Source: an uncultured Ruminococcus sp.
GTDB lineage: Bacteria; Bacillota; Clostridia; Oscillospirales; CAG-382
Direction: 5' to 3'
DNA length: 64,000 nucleotides
NCBI GenBank assembly: GCA_902772845.1
Contig: CACYCI010000018.1
Coordinates: 2,305-66,304 of the forward strand
Part shown: in pieces, positions 48,435-57,297 of the stretch
Numbering within the stretch: position 1 is the first letter of the stretch
Layout of the letters: each line of letters opens with the position of its first letter
Notes under the pieces: model-generated
Databases searched by the model: none
What the model saw: only the letters and a program-made list of their open reading frames with translations
What the model was told of the DNA's origin: nothing
Made by a program: the position numbers and the translations under genes

Positions 48435-48444
48435 GCACGTTTCG

Positions 48445-49116
48445 TTACCGGCCGTTTACGGCTTTGCGCAGCGCTTCGGCGGCGGCGGTGATATCGCCTT
48501 TTCCGAAGATCGCGCTGCCTGCAACCAGCACGTCGGCTCCGGCAGAAGCTGCCGCGGGTGCGGTGCGGACGTCTATGCCGCCGTCAACAGACACCAGCGT
48601 TTTCAGCTTTTTGCGTTTTATGTAATTGGCGGCAAGGCGGATCTTTTCGGTGGCGCTTTCTATGTAGCTTTGCCCGCCGAAGCCCGGCTCCACGCTCATT
48701 ATAAGCAAAAGATCGCATTTTTCAAGCAGGGGATATACGCTTTGCACCGGCGTGCCGGGCTTTACGGATATTCCCGCAAGCTTGTGCTGCGCGTGTATCA
48801 TATCCAGCACCGCGGCGGGCGAAGACGTCGCTTCGACGTGGAACGTTATGCAGTCGCTGCCCGCCTTGGCAAACTGCTCTATATAGCGTTCGGGCGCGTT
48901 TATCATAAGGTGCGTGTCGAAAAACAGCGGGCTCGACTTGCGTATGGACTTTATCACGGGGATGCCGAAAGAGATGTTCGGCACGAACGCTCCGTCCATA
49001 ACGTCCAGATGCAGCCACTTAACGCCTGCGTTTTCAAGCTCTTTGAGCTGTTCGCCGACGCGCGCGAAATCGCACGAAAGCAGCGACGGCGACAGCGTTA
49101 TCTCTTTTTTGACCAT
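48445..49116 (-). CDS. rpe: Ribulose-phosphate 3-epimerase
   Basis: 223 aa from ATG 49116. LSPSLLSCDF...LHLDVMDGAFVPN, MSVEPGFGGQ, VDGGI. The track's 62-codon upstream extension is rejected. Confidence 0.93.
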   Translation of the reverse strand: MVKKEITLSPSLLSCDFARVGEQLKELENAGVKWLHLDVMDGAFVPNISFGIPVIKSIRKSSPLFFDTHLMINAPERYIEQFAKAGSDCITFHVEATSSPAAVLDMIHAQHKLAGISVKPGTPVQSVYPLLEKCDLLLIMSVEPGFGGQSYIESATEKIRLAANYIKRKKLKTLVSVDGGIDVRTAPAAASAGADVLVAGSAIFGKGDITAAAEALRKAVNGR

Positions 49117-49267
49117 TTTCGTTTCCTTTCGTCTGCCCGCGACATAGAATGTAACGTAACGGCAAATCGTTGCCGCCGGCAAAAATTCCGCGGGCGCGCA
49201 CCGGCGCGGAAGTCCAAAACAACAGGAACGCAATTTACTTCCGGCGCGGCCCGCGTTCGTATAGATG

Positions 49268-49296
49268 ATTATATACTGCAAAGCGTTTTTTGTCAA
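49268..49296 (-). promoter_or_regulatory. Consensus sigma-A promoter of rpe
   Basis: On the minus strand: TTGACA (49296-49291), 17-nt spacer, TATAAT (49273-49268). The -35 box abuts the DUF4363 stop codon. Confidence 0.55.
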
Positions 49297-49298
49297 TA

Positions 49299-49655
49299 TC
49301 AAAAGAGCCCGTAAAGATCGGCGTTTTCGCCTTCGGCAAGCTCGGCAAGCGCCGTCATAAGACGGCGCCTGGCTTTTTCATAAGCCGCCGCGTCGCCGGC
49401 TTCCGCCGCGCTTATCAGGTCGCACACCGCTTCGTCCACGCGTTCCAGCTCGCATTCGTGTACTGAGACCGAAATGGATCCGCGCTCGTTCCGCCAGCGC
49501 TTTTCAAAATCCCGCGCGGCTTTGCGGGTCATATCTTCCAACGCTTCCGCCGCGGCAGAAAGATCGCGCACGCGGCGGCGGACCGCGGCTCCGTTTACGC
49601 ACACAAAGCACAGTATAAGCAAAAATATCGCCGCGGATATCAAAAAATGTTTCAT
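49299..49655 (-). CDS. DUF4363 family protein
   Basis: 118 aa, N-terminal TM then a helical domain. Stop/start overlap with the upstream DUF421 gene, the usual DUF421-DUF4363 pairing in Clostridia. Confidence 0.7.
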   Translation of the reverse strand: MKHFLISAAIFLLILCFVCVNGAAVRRRVRDLSAAAEALEDMTRKAARDFEKRWRNERGSISVSVHECELERVDEAVCDLISAAEAGDAAAYEKARRRLMTALAELAEGENADLYGLF

Positions 49656-50341
49656 TGTTTGCGCTCTTTCTTCAGCGCCGCCTTTACGTTGCCGCGGCGG
49701 TCCACCGTTATATAAAGGCAGTCTTCCGCCTTTATGCCCTGCTTTTTCAGCTCGGCGCCAAGCAGATCGCCGCGCACGCGGCGCGCTTCTGCAAAACTGC
49801 GGTTGGCGGCGCCTTCGCTCATCACCGGCAGTTCCGCGCCGTTTTCTTCCGCCGGTATCCCCGCCGCTTCAAACGTCAGCGGCGAAGCGCTTTTGCGCGC
49901 CAGCACGGTTATCTTGCCCGTCTGCTCAAGAATGACGCATTCGGCGTCTTCGGGCGAAGCAAGGCCCGCGCTCCGCACGGCGGCAAGCACTTCGTCGGCG
50001 GATATCCGCGCTTTTTCAAGCGTTTTTTCGCATATCTCGCCGTCTTCCATAAGCACCAGCGGCTCGCCGTAGACGTGTCTGCGCAGCCGCGGTATTTTTT
50101 TGCACGCAAAAGCGACCATGACTTCTGCCGAGCCGAGCGTCAGCACGGGTATCACGCCGTGCAGAAGCGGTATGTCGCGGTCCGCCACCGGAAGCGAAGC
50201 GATCTGCGATATCATTACCGCCGCCACGAATTCGGGCAGCTGGAGTTCGCCGATCTGCCTTTTTCCCATAAGCCGCATCACCGCGGTGAGCGCTATATAC
50301 AGTATAAGCGTGCGCATAAAGATGACCGTCATATAAAACAC
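49652..50341 (-). CDS. DUF421 (YetF-like) membrane protein
   Basis: 229 aa. TLILYIALTAVMRLMGKRQIGELQLPEFV... is characteristic of DUF421. Confidence 0.83.
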   Translation of the reverse strand: MFYMTVIFMRTLILYIALTAVMRLMGKRQIGELQLPEFVAAVMISQIASLPVADRDIPLLHGVIPVLTLGSAEVMVAFACKKIPRLRRHVYGEPLVLMEDGEICEKTLEKARISADEVLAAVRSAGLASPEDAECVILEQTGKITVLARKSASPLTFEAAGIPAEENGAELPVMSEGAANRSFAEARRVRGDLLGAELKKQGIKAEDCLYITVDRRGNVKAALKKERKQ

Positions 50342-50430
50342 CCCTTCTTATTCTTGCCGCACACCGCCCGAATCTTGCGTCCGGCGGAGCATTTTTTGCT
50401 ATTATTTGCTGTTATATATTGAATTATATA

Positions 50431-50459
50431 TTGAATTCAAATATAATTCGTGATATAAT
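50431..50459 (+). promoter_or_regulatory. Candidate apbE/rnf operon promoter
   Basis: TTGAAT 50431-50436, 17-nt spacer, TATAAT 50454-50459. The -35 box lies in the second unit of a perfect 12-bp tandem repeat. Confidence 0.45.
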
Positions 50460-50489
50460 AACATGATAAAATATCATTGGAGGTCCGCT

Positions 50490-51461
50490 TTGAAAAAAGC
50501 CGCGTTAGTCTTTCTGCTGCTTGCGCTGACGCTTGCAGCCGCCTGCAGGCGTCCGTACGAAAACAATGTGGATTTTGCCATGGGCGCCGAAGTGACGCAA
50601 AAACTGTGGGGCGCCGGTGAAGAGACCGCCGAAAAAGCGCTTGCGGCGATCCGCTCGCTCGAAGAAGAGATCTCCTACCGCAAAGAAGGCGGCGCTGCGT
50701 CGCTCAACCGCGGAGGCGAGCTGACCGGCGGCGACGCTTTCGATATCATACAAAAAAGCATAGAACTCTGGCGCGACACAGACGGCGCGTACGATATAAC
50801 CGTGCTACCGATAGTCGAGCTTTGGGGGTTCGATACCGACGAGCCGCATATTCCCGGCGAAGCCGAACTTTCGGCGGCGCTGGAAAAGGCCGGCACCGAA
50901 AAGATAATATGCGAAAACGGCGCGCTCCGTCTGACCGGCGGAGTGCGGGTCGACCTTTCAGCCGCGGGGAAAGGCGCCGCGTGCGGCAAAGCCGTGGAGA
51001 TCTATATGGCTTCCGGCGCGACCGGCGGCATAGTCACCGTGGGCGGCAGCGTGGGCGTTTTCGGCACTAAGAACGGCTCGCCGTTCAGGGTCGCCGTGCG
51101 CAGTCCGTTCGATCCTTCCGCCGCCGCGGCGGTTCTCACGCTCACGGATACTTACGTTTCCACCTCCGGCAGCTACGAAAAACACTTTTTCGTTTCCGGC
51201 GCCGAATATCACCATTTGCTCGATCCTTCCACGGGCTATCCGGTAATGAACGAGCTTATATCAGTCACTGTCGTGTGCGCCGACGGCGCGCTTTCGGATA
51301 TGCTTTCTTCCGCTTGCTTTTGCCTGGGTGCGGAAAAAAGTCTGCCCCTGCTCAAAAAGTATTCCGCTTCGGCGCTTTTCATAAAGCGCGACGGCTCGGT
51401 GCTCGTAACAAAAGAGCTTGCGCCGTGCGTGGAATGCGATTCTTACGAGGTGCTGCCTTGA
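50490..51461 (+). CDS. apbE: FAD:protein FMN transferase (ApbE/Ftp) lipoprotein
   Basis: Lipobox LAAAC. DLSAAGKGAA, TSGSYEKHF, HHLLDPSTGYP. TTG 50490, 6 nt after GGAGG, is preferred because the track's ATG 50463 sits 3 nt after the -10 box. Confidence 0.86.
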   Translation: MKKAALVFLLLALTLAAACRRPYENNVDFAMGAEVTQKLWGAGEETAEKALAAIRSLEEEISYRKEGGAASLNRGGELTGGDAFDIIQKSIELWRDTDGAYDITVLPIVELWGFDTDEPHIPGEAELSAALEKAGTEKIICENGALRLTGGVRVDLSAAGKGAACGKAVEIYMASGATGGIVTVGGSVGVFGTKNGSPFRVAVRSPFDPSAAAAVLTLTDTYVSTSGSYEKHFFVSGAEYHHLLDPSTGYPVMNELISVTVVCADGALSDMLSSACFCLGAEKSLPLLKKYSASALFIKRDGSVLVTKELAPCVECDSYEVLP

Positions 51462-51835
51462 AAACGCGCATGTTCAAAAAAGCCGATCTTTTTATCGCGT
51501 TCGCCGTGCTGTTCGCGGCTTTATGCGCGCTGCTCGCGATCTCGCTTGCGGGCGGGAACGGCCGCACGGCGGTAATAGAATACCGCGGCGAAACAGTTAA
51601 AGTAATAGATCTCGATTCGGTCGCCGCACCGTACACGTTCACGGTCGAAGGCGATCTCGAAGTGGTCATGGAAGTGTCGCCGCAGGGGATACGCTTTGCG
51701 TATTCGCCCTGCCCGGATAAGCTCTGCGAACGTTTCGGCACGCTCGGCAAAAAAGGGCAGGTCGCCGTTTGTATGCCCGCCGGGATATCGGTACGCATAA
51801 CCGGCGAAGGCGAATACGACGGGGTGACGGGATGA
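51458..51835 (+). CDS. NusG domain II-containing protein
   Basis: N-terminal TM then a beta domain ending CMPAGISVRITG. TTG 51458 (GAGGTG SD) overlaps the apbE stop. ATG 51470 is the alternative start. Confidence 0.72.
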   Translation: MKTRMFKKADLFIAFAVLFAALCALLAISLAGGNGRTAVIEYRGETVKVIDLDSVAAPYTFTVEGDLEVVMEVSPQGIRFAYSPCPDKLCERFGTLGKKGQVAVCMPAGISVRITGEGEYDGVTG

Positions 51836-52356
51836 AAAACAGCAAAAAAACGGCGCTCGCCGGTATGCTCGCGGCTTTCGCCGTTGCGGCAGGCGCGCTG
51901 GAATCGTTCGTTCCGCCGCTGCCTTTTGCGCCGCCGGGGTTCCGTATAGGTTTTTCCAACGCGGCATCCATGACCGCCGCCGCAGTTTCGCCGTTCGCGG
52001 CTTTCGCCGTGGCGTCGGTAAAAAGCGCGTTCGTGCTCATAACGCGCGGGGCGACCGCGGCGCTGCTTTCGTTCGCGGGCGGGCTCGCGTCGTGCGCGGT
52101 AACGCTGCTTATGTTCCGCTTTGCCCGCGCAAAAGTGGGCTGCATAGGCATAGGGATCGCTTCCGCAGCGGCGCACAATCTGGCGCAGGTCAGCGTGTAT
52201 TCGCTCATCATAGGCGCCGCCGCGTTCTGGTATCTGCCGTATCTGCTCGTCCTGGGTACGTTCTGCGGAGCACTTACGGGAATACTGCTCGACCTCGCGC
52301 TTAAACTGATTTACAACCGCAAAGACGCGCCGGACGGCGCAAAACATAAAAAGTGA
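51832..52356 (+). CDS. Gx transporter family protein (heptaprenyl diphosphate synthase component I-like)
   Basis: 174 aa polytopic membrane protein, KTALAGMLAAFAVAAGALESFVP.... ATG overlaps the upstream stop. Usual partner of NusG_II and ApbE genes. Confidence 0.72.
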   Translation: MKNSKKTALAGMLAAFAVAAGALESFVPPLPFAPPGFRIGFSNAASMTAAAVSPFAAFAVASVKSAFVLITRGATAALLSFAGGLASCAVTLLMFRFARAKVGCIGIGIASAAAHNLAQVSVYSLIIGAAAFWYLPYLLVLGTFCGALTGILLDLALKLIYNRKDAPDGAKHKK

Positions 52357-52386
52357 CCGCACTTTTACGGTAAGAAAGGGAAATCT

Positions 52387-53721
52387 ATGGAACAGACCGT
52401 TTTTCCTAAAAAGCCGTATTTCTGCCGCGGCGGGGCAAAGACGCCCCATTTCAAGAACACCGCGGGCAGCGAATCGGTGTCTATACCTCTGCCGCAGCAG
52501 ATCGTGCTCCCCGTGCAGCAGCATATCGGCGCGCCCTGCGTGCCGTGCGTCAAGGCGGGCGACCGCGTGCTCGTGGGGCAGCTCATAGCGGATTCCACCG
52601 CTTTCGTTTCCGCGCCGATCCATTCTTCGGTGTCCGGCACGGTAAAAAAGATCGCCAAGATAAAAATGCCCAACGGCTCGCCCTGCGACGCGGTGTTCAT
52701 AGAGCCGGACGGCTTGCAGGAAAAGTCGCCGGATATAAGACCGCCCGAGGTGACCGACCGCGAATCGCTCATAGCCGCCATACGCGCTTCCGGCTGCGTG
52801 GGTCTGGGCGGCGCGGGGTTCCCCACGCACGTCAAGCTCAACGTCACGCCCGATAAAGCCGATACGCTCATAGTCAACGGTGCGGAATGCGAACCGTATA
52901 TCACCTGCGACCACCGCGAGATACTCGAAAACTCCTGGAGCATCATGAGCGGACTTTACTCGCTGCAGGAAATACTCGGCTTCAAGCGCATAATCATAGG
53001 CGTGGAAAACAACAAGCCGGACGCCATAAAGCTTTTGGAAAGCATTGCCGAAAGCGAAACGTACGATCCGGAAGACCATATAAAGGTGCTTAAGCTCAAG
53101 AGCAGCTATCCGCAGGGCGCCGAAAAAGTGCTCGTCCATTCCTGCACCGGCAGAACGGTGCCGACAGGCAAGCTTCCGCTGGACGCGGGCTGCGTGGTCA
53201 TAAACATAACCACTCTTTCGTTTATAGCCGATTATCTCAAGACCGGCATGCCGCTTGTCAAAAAACGCATCACGGTCGACGGTTCGGCGGTGGGAGCGCG
53301 CGGGAACTACGTTGTCCCCGTGGGAATGCCGATATCTGACGTGCTGGATTTCTGCAAAGTCAAAAACGCCGAAAAAGTCCTTATGGGCGGCCCTATGATG
53401 GGCGTGGCGGTATCGGATCTTTCTACTCCGGTGCTCAAGCAGAACAACGCTATTTTGGCGTTTACCGGCAAGGACGCCGGTATCCCGCCCGAAAGCGCGT
53501 GCATCAACTGCGGCAGGTGCATCACCTCCTGCCCCATGCGGCTCCAGCCGGTCCGCATACAGCGCGCCGCGGCGCGCAAAGACACCGCCGAGCTCGAAAA
53601 GCTGGGCGTGATGAACTGTATAGAATGCGGGTGCTGCACCTATAACTGCCCCGCCAAACGCTATATCACTCAGCAGATGCGCATAGCAAAAGCAATTCTG
53701 CGCGAATCAAAGCAGAAATAG
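52387..53721 (+). CDS. rnfC: Rnf electron transport complex subunit C
   Basis: 444 aa. GLGGAGFPTHVK, two ferredoxin-type clusters CINCGRCITSCP and CIECGCCTYNCP. Confidence 0.95.
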   Translation: MEQTVFPKKPYFCRGGAKTPHFKNTAGSESVSIPLPQQIVLPVQQHIGAPCVPCVKAGDRVLVGQLIADSTAFVSAPIHSSVSGTVKKIAKIKMPNGSPCDAVFIEPDGLQEKSPDIRPPEVTDRESLIAAIRASGCVGLGGAGFPTHVKLNVTPDKADTLIVNGAECEPYITCDHREILENSWSIMSGLYSLQEILGFKRIIIGVENNKPDAIKLLESIAESETYDPEDHIKVLKLKSSYPQGAEKVLVHSCTGRTVPTGKLPLDAGCVVINITTLSFIADYLKTGMPLVKKRITVDGSAVGARGNYVVPVGMPISDVLDFCKVKNAEKVLMGGPMMGVAVSDLSTPVLKQNNAILAFTGKDAGIPPESACINCGRCITSCPMRLQPVRIQRAAARKDTAELEKLGVMNCIECGCCTYNCPAKRYITQQMRIAKAILRESKQK

Positions 53722-53723
53722 GG

Positions 53724-54653
53724 GTGGATATCATGGATAAACTCAACGTTTCTTCATCTCCGCACATCCGCGGCGGACGTTCCACGCAAAACATAATGCT
53801 CGACGTCCTTATCGCGCTCGCACCGTGCGTAGTCGCCGGGACCGTGTATTTCGGTTTCCGCGCGCTGCTGCTGGTGGCGGTCACGGGCGCTTCGGCGGTG
53901 CTGGCGGAATACGTTTCGCGCATCGTCATGAAACGCGAACAGACCGCGCACGACCTTTCGGCGCTGGTTTCGGGCGTTATACTCGGGCTCATACTTCCCG
54001 CCGACTGTCCGCTTATTATAGCGGCGTTCGGTTCGGTCGTCGCCATAGTGGTAGTAAAGCAGATGTTCGGTGGCATAGGTCAGAACTTTGCCAACCCGGC
54101 GTGTACCGCGCGCATCATACTGCTGGTATCGTTCGCGGGGGTTTCGCAGTTTTCCAAAACCATATATATGTCGGACGCAGTCACTTCCGCCACTCCGCTC
54201 GCCGCTGAAAAGGGCGCGTATTCGCTGTTCGACCTGTTCATAGGCAACACTCCCGGCTGCGTTGGCGAGACCTGTGCCGTTGCGATCCTTCTGGGCTTTG
54301 TATATCTGCTCGCGCGCAAGGTCATAACTCCCACGGTCACGCTCGCATACGTCGGTTCGGCGGCGCTCATGTCGCTCATCTGCGGGCAGGACGTGCTTTT
54401 CCAACTGCTTTCGGGCGGGCTGCTGTTCGGCGCGGTCTTCATGGCTACCGATTACGCAACGTCCCCCGTCACTTTTGTCGGCAAGCTCATTTTCGGCGCC
54501 GGCTGCGGTATACTCACAATACTTATCCGCGTTTACGCGTCGCTGCCGGAAGGCGTGTCGTACGCGATACTGCTCATGAACATCATATCGCCGCGTCTTG
54601 ACGATATCTATTACGCGCGTCCTCTGGGCGCGGGCAGGAGGGCGGCAAAATGA
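53724..54653 (+). CDS. rnfD: Rnf complex subunit D
   Basis: 309 aa polytopic. SSPHIRGG N-terminus and FMN-attachment context DAVTSATPL. The start could be ATG 53733 instead of GTG 53724. Confidence 0.92.
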   Translation: MDIMDKLNVSSSPHIRGGRSTQNIMLDVLIALAPCVVAGTVYFGFRALLLVAVTGASAVLAEYVSRIVMKREQTAHDLSALVSGVILGLILPADCPLIIAAFGSVVAIVVVKQMFGGIGQNFANPACTARIILLVSFAGVSQFSKTIYMSDAVTSATPLAAEKGAYSLFDLFIGNTPGCVGETCAVAILLGFVYLLARKVITPTVTLAYVGSAALMSLICGQDVLFQLLSGGLLFGAVFMATDYATSPVTFVGKLIFGAGCGILTILIRVYASLPEGVSYAILLMNIISPRLDDIYYARPLGAGRRAAK

Positions 54654-55189
54654 ACGGAAAATTCAAAAAGGTATTCGTTCCCGCGCTTTCGCTGTTCTGT
54701 ATATGCCTCGTCTCGGCGGTGCTGCTGGCGTTTACCAACGAACTCACTCACCAAAAGATAGCCGACGCCGCCCGCAGCGCCGAAATAGAGCAGCGCTTCG
54801 TGGTATTCCCCGAAGGCGTGAGCTTTGAAGAAAAAGAAGATCATGCCGTTGCGTTCGGAGCCGACGGTTCGGTCGCGGGTTACGTCTTCGTCACCCGGGG
54901 CAAGGGCTACGGCGGGACTATAACGGTCATGACCGGCATAGACATAAACGGCGTGATAACCGGTGTCCGGGTGCTTTCGCATTCCGAAACCTCGAGCTAC
55001 GGCGGTAAAGCCATTAAAAACGATTTCACAAACGAATATACCGGCAAACAGGTACAGTATTTTGTCAAGGGCAAGAACATAGACGGCTGGACCGGAGCCA
55101 CCCGCACCACCAACGGCGTGGCACAGGCGGTCAACGCCGCGTGCGACATCTTCAACGGCATCCGTGCCGCGCAGAAAGGAGGCGAATGA
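54650..55189 (+). CDS. rnfG: Rnf complex subunit G
   Basis: 179 aa, N-terminal TM, FMN-binding domain with DGWTGATRT. AGGAGGG SD. Overlaps the rnfD stop. Confidence 0.9.
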   Translation: MNGKFKKVFVPALSLFCICLVSAVLLAFTNELTHQKIADAARSAEIEQRFVVFPEGVSFEEKEDHAVAFGADGSVAGYVFVTRGKGYGGTITVMTGIDINGVITGVRVLSHSETSSYGGKAIKNDFTNEYTGKQVQYFVKGKNIDGWTGATRTTNGVAQAVNAACDIFNGIRAAQKGGE

Positions 55190-55190
55190 T

Positions 55191-55874
55191 ATGGCAGGCA
55201 ACATGAAAGAGTTCACCAAAGGGCTTATAAAAGAAAACCCCACGCTGGTGCTGCTTCTGGGCACATGCCCCACGCTCGCCATTTCGTCTTCCGCGCTCGA
55301 CAGTCTGGGTATGGGGATAGCCGCCACGCTGGTGCTGGTCTGCTCCAACGCGGTCATTTCGGCGCTCAAACGCTTTATACCGGATTCGGTGCGCATCCCC
55401 GCGTTCATCACCGTTATAGCGTCTTTCGTTTCAATAATACAAATGCTCATAAAGGCGTTCGTCCCCGCGCTGGACAAATCTCTGGGCATATTCCTGCCGC
55501 TCATCGTCGTCAACTGCATCATCCTGGGCAGGGCGGAAATGTTCGCTTCCAAAAACAAAGTGTGGCCTTCCATACTCGACGGGCTCGGAATGGGCTGCGG
55601 GTTCACGCTCGCCATAACGACAATGGGCATAATCCGCGAACTGCTCGGCAGCGGAACGCTGTTCGGCCTGCCCGTCACCGAAAAATTCATGGAGCCGATA
55701 GGGATATTCTCCATGACCGCGGGCGGATTCTTCGTATACGGTATACTTATAGCGACGGTCAACAAAATAGCCAAGCGCAGGAACCCCGAACCCGGGTGCG
55801 CTTCCTGCCCCATGGCTTCGCTTTGCCAAAGCAAGGATAAACGCGAATGCGGCGAAGGAGGCGAAGACAAATGA
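55191..55874 (+). CDS. rnfE: Rnf complex subunit E (with Cys-rich C-terminal tail)
   Basis: GLIKENPTLVLLLGTCPTLA, VVNCIILGRAE. ATG 55191 behind AAGGAGG. Confidence 0.92.
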   Translation: MAGNMKEFTKGLIKENPTLVLLLGTCPTLAISSSALDSLGMGIAATLVLVCSNAVISALKRFIPDSVRIPAFITVIASFVSIIQMLIKAFVPALDKSLGIFLPLIVVNCIILGRAEMFASKNKVWPSILDGLGMGCGFTLAITTMGIIRELLGSGTLFGLPVTEKFMEPIGIFSMTAGGFFVYGILIATVNKIAKRRNPEPGCASCPMASLCQSKDKRECGEGGEDK

Positions 55875-56500
55875 TATCTCCCGTCACTTCTCTCATTGCC
55901 ATCGTGCTTTCGTCCATACTCACCGAAAACTACGTTCTGGCGCAATCCATAGGCATATGCCCGTTCCTGGGCGTTTCCAAAAAGACCGGCACCGCGGTGG
56001 GGATGTCGCTCGCCGTAACGTTCGTAATGACTATGGCGGTAGCGGTCACCTGGCCGATACAGCATTTCGTGCTTGAAAAATACGGGCTCGAATATCTGCA
56101 GACTATAGTGTTCATACTCGTTATCGCCGCGCTCGTCCAGCTTGTGGAAGCGATACTCAAAAAATACGTTCCCGCGCTTTACCGCGCTCTGGGCGTTTAC
56201 CTGCCGCTTATCACCACCAACTGCGCGGTGCTCGCCGTAACGGTGCTCTGCGCCGGCAGAACGGGTACCGTGATCTACGGCAATACCTACGGCTACGGCT
56301 CGGCGCTCGTCAACGCGCTGGGTTCGGGCGCGGGGTACCTGGTAGCAATGGTGCTGTTTTCGGGCGTCAGACAAAAAATGGAAAACAGCGACGTGCCCAA
56401 TTTCCTCAAAGGCATGCCTATAACGCTCATAGCCGCGTCGATACTCGCGCTTTCTTTTCTGGGGTTCGGCGGGCTGGTCGAAAATCTGTTGGGGGTGTAA
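55871..56500 (+). CDS. rnfA: Rnf complex subunit A
   Basis: ENYVLAQSIGICPFLGVS, ITTNCAVLA. ATG 55871 behind GGAGG, overlapping the rnfE stop. Confidence 0.93.
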   Translation: MISPVTSLIAIVLSSILTENYVLAQSIGICPFLGVSKKTGTAVGMSLAVTFVMTMAVAVTWPIQHFVLEKYGLEYLQTIVFILVIAALVQLVEAILKKYVPALYRALGVYLPLITTNCAVLAVTVLCAGRTGTVIYGNTYGYGSALVNALGSGAGYLVAMVLFSGVRQKMENSDVPNFLKGMPITLIAASILALSFLGFGGLVENLLGV

Positions 56501-56504
56501 TGCT

Positions 56505-57290
56505 GTGAACGGTATCCTTATCGCCGCTGCCGTCGTGGCGGGAATAGGTCTCGCCGCAGGCGTGCTGCTCGGCATAGCTTCAATAGTCTTTTCGGTAAAA
56601 CAAAACGAAAAAGAGCAAAAACTGCTTGAGATCCTGCCCGGAGCCAACTGCGGCGCCTGCTCGTTCGCAGGGTGCGCCGATTACGCGCGCGCTCTCGCTA
56701 CCGGAAAGGTGAAAATAACGCTTTGCCCCGTCGGCGGCGAAGCCGGAGTCAAAAAAATAGCCGCCGTGCTCGGCGTCGAAGCGGGCGAGACCCGCAAAAA
56801 GGTCGCTTTTGTGCATTGCGGCGGCGATTGCGGCCACGCAAAGGTCCGCGCCGAATATAAAGGCGTGCCGACCTGCTACGCCGCCAATCTGCTGTGCAAG
56901 GGCGAAAAAGCGTGCGCCTACGGGTGCGCCGGTCTCGGCGACTGTGTTGCCGCCTGCAAATACGGCGCAATATCCGTGCAGAACGGAGTCGCCGTTGTGG
57001 ATTGTTCCAAATGCGTGGGCTGCGGTATGTGCGCCGCCGCCTGCCCCAAAAAGCTGATATCGCTTGTGTACGCCGGCAATTTTGCCCGCGTCGCCTGCCG
57101 CAACGCGGATAAGGGCGCCGAAACGCGCGCCGTCTGCTCGGCCGGGTGCATAGGGTGCGGAAAATGCGTGCGCACTTGTGAAAACGGCGCCGTGACTCTG
57201 CTCGATAACCACGCGCAGATAGATATCGAAAAATGCGTCGGGTGCGGAAAATGCGTTTCCGCCTGCCCGGTAGGCGCAATTAGGATGTAG
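56505..57290 (+). CDS. rnfB: Rnf complex subunit B
   Basis: 261 aa. N-terminal TM, CGACSFAGC cluster, several CxxCxxCxxxCP ferredoxin motifs. GTG start. Confidence 0.92.
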   Translation: MNGILIAAAVVAGIGLAAGVLLGIASIVFSVKQNEKEQKLLEILPGANCGACSFAGCADYARALATGKVKITLCPVGGEAGVKKIAAVLGVEAGETRKKVAFVHCGGDCGHAKVRAEYKGVPTCYAANLLCKGEKACAYGCAGLGDCVAACKYGAISVQNGVAVVDCSKCVGCGMCAAACPKKLISLVYAGNFARVACRNADKGAETRAVCSAGCIGCGKCVRTCENGAVTLLDNHAQIDIEKCVGCGKCVSACPVGAIRM

Positions 57291-57297
57291 GTGTGAA

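Noticed and set aside
51379-56647. Long minus-strand ORFs 51379-53139 (586 aa) and 54611-56647 (678 aa) across the rnf operon
   Set aside because: They are antisense shadows of highly conserved rnf/apbE-associated genes, with the same Arg-rich low-complexity character.
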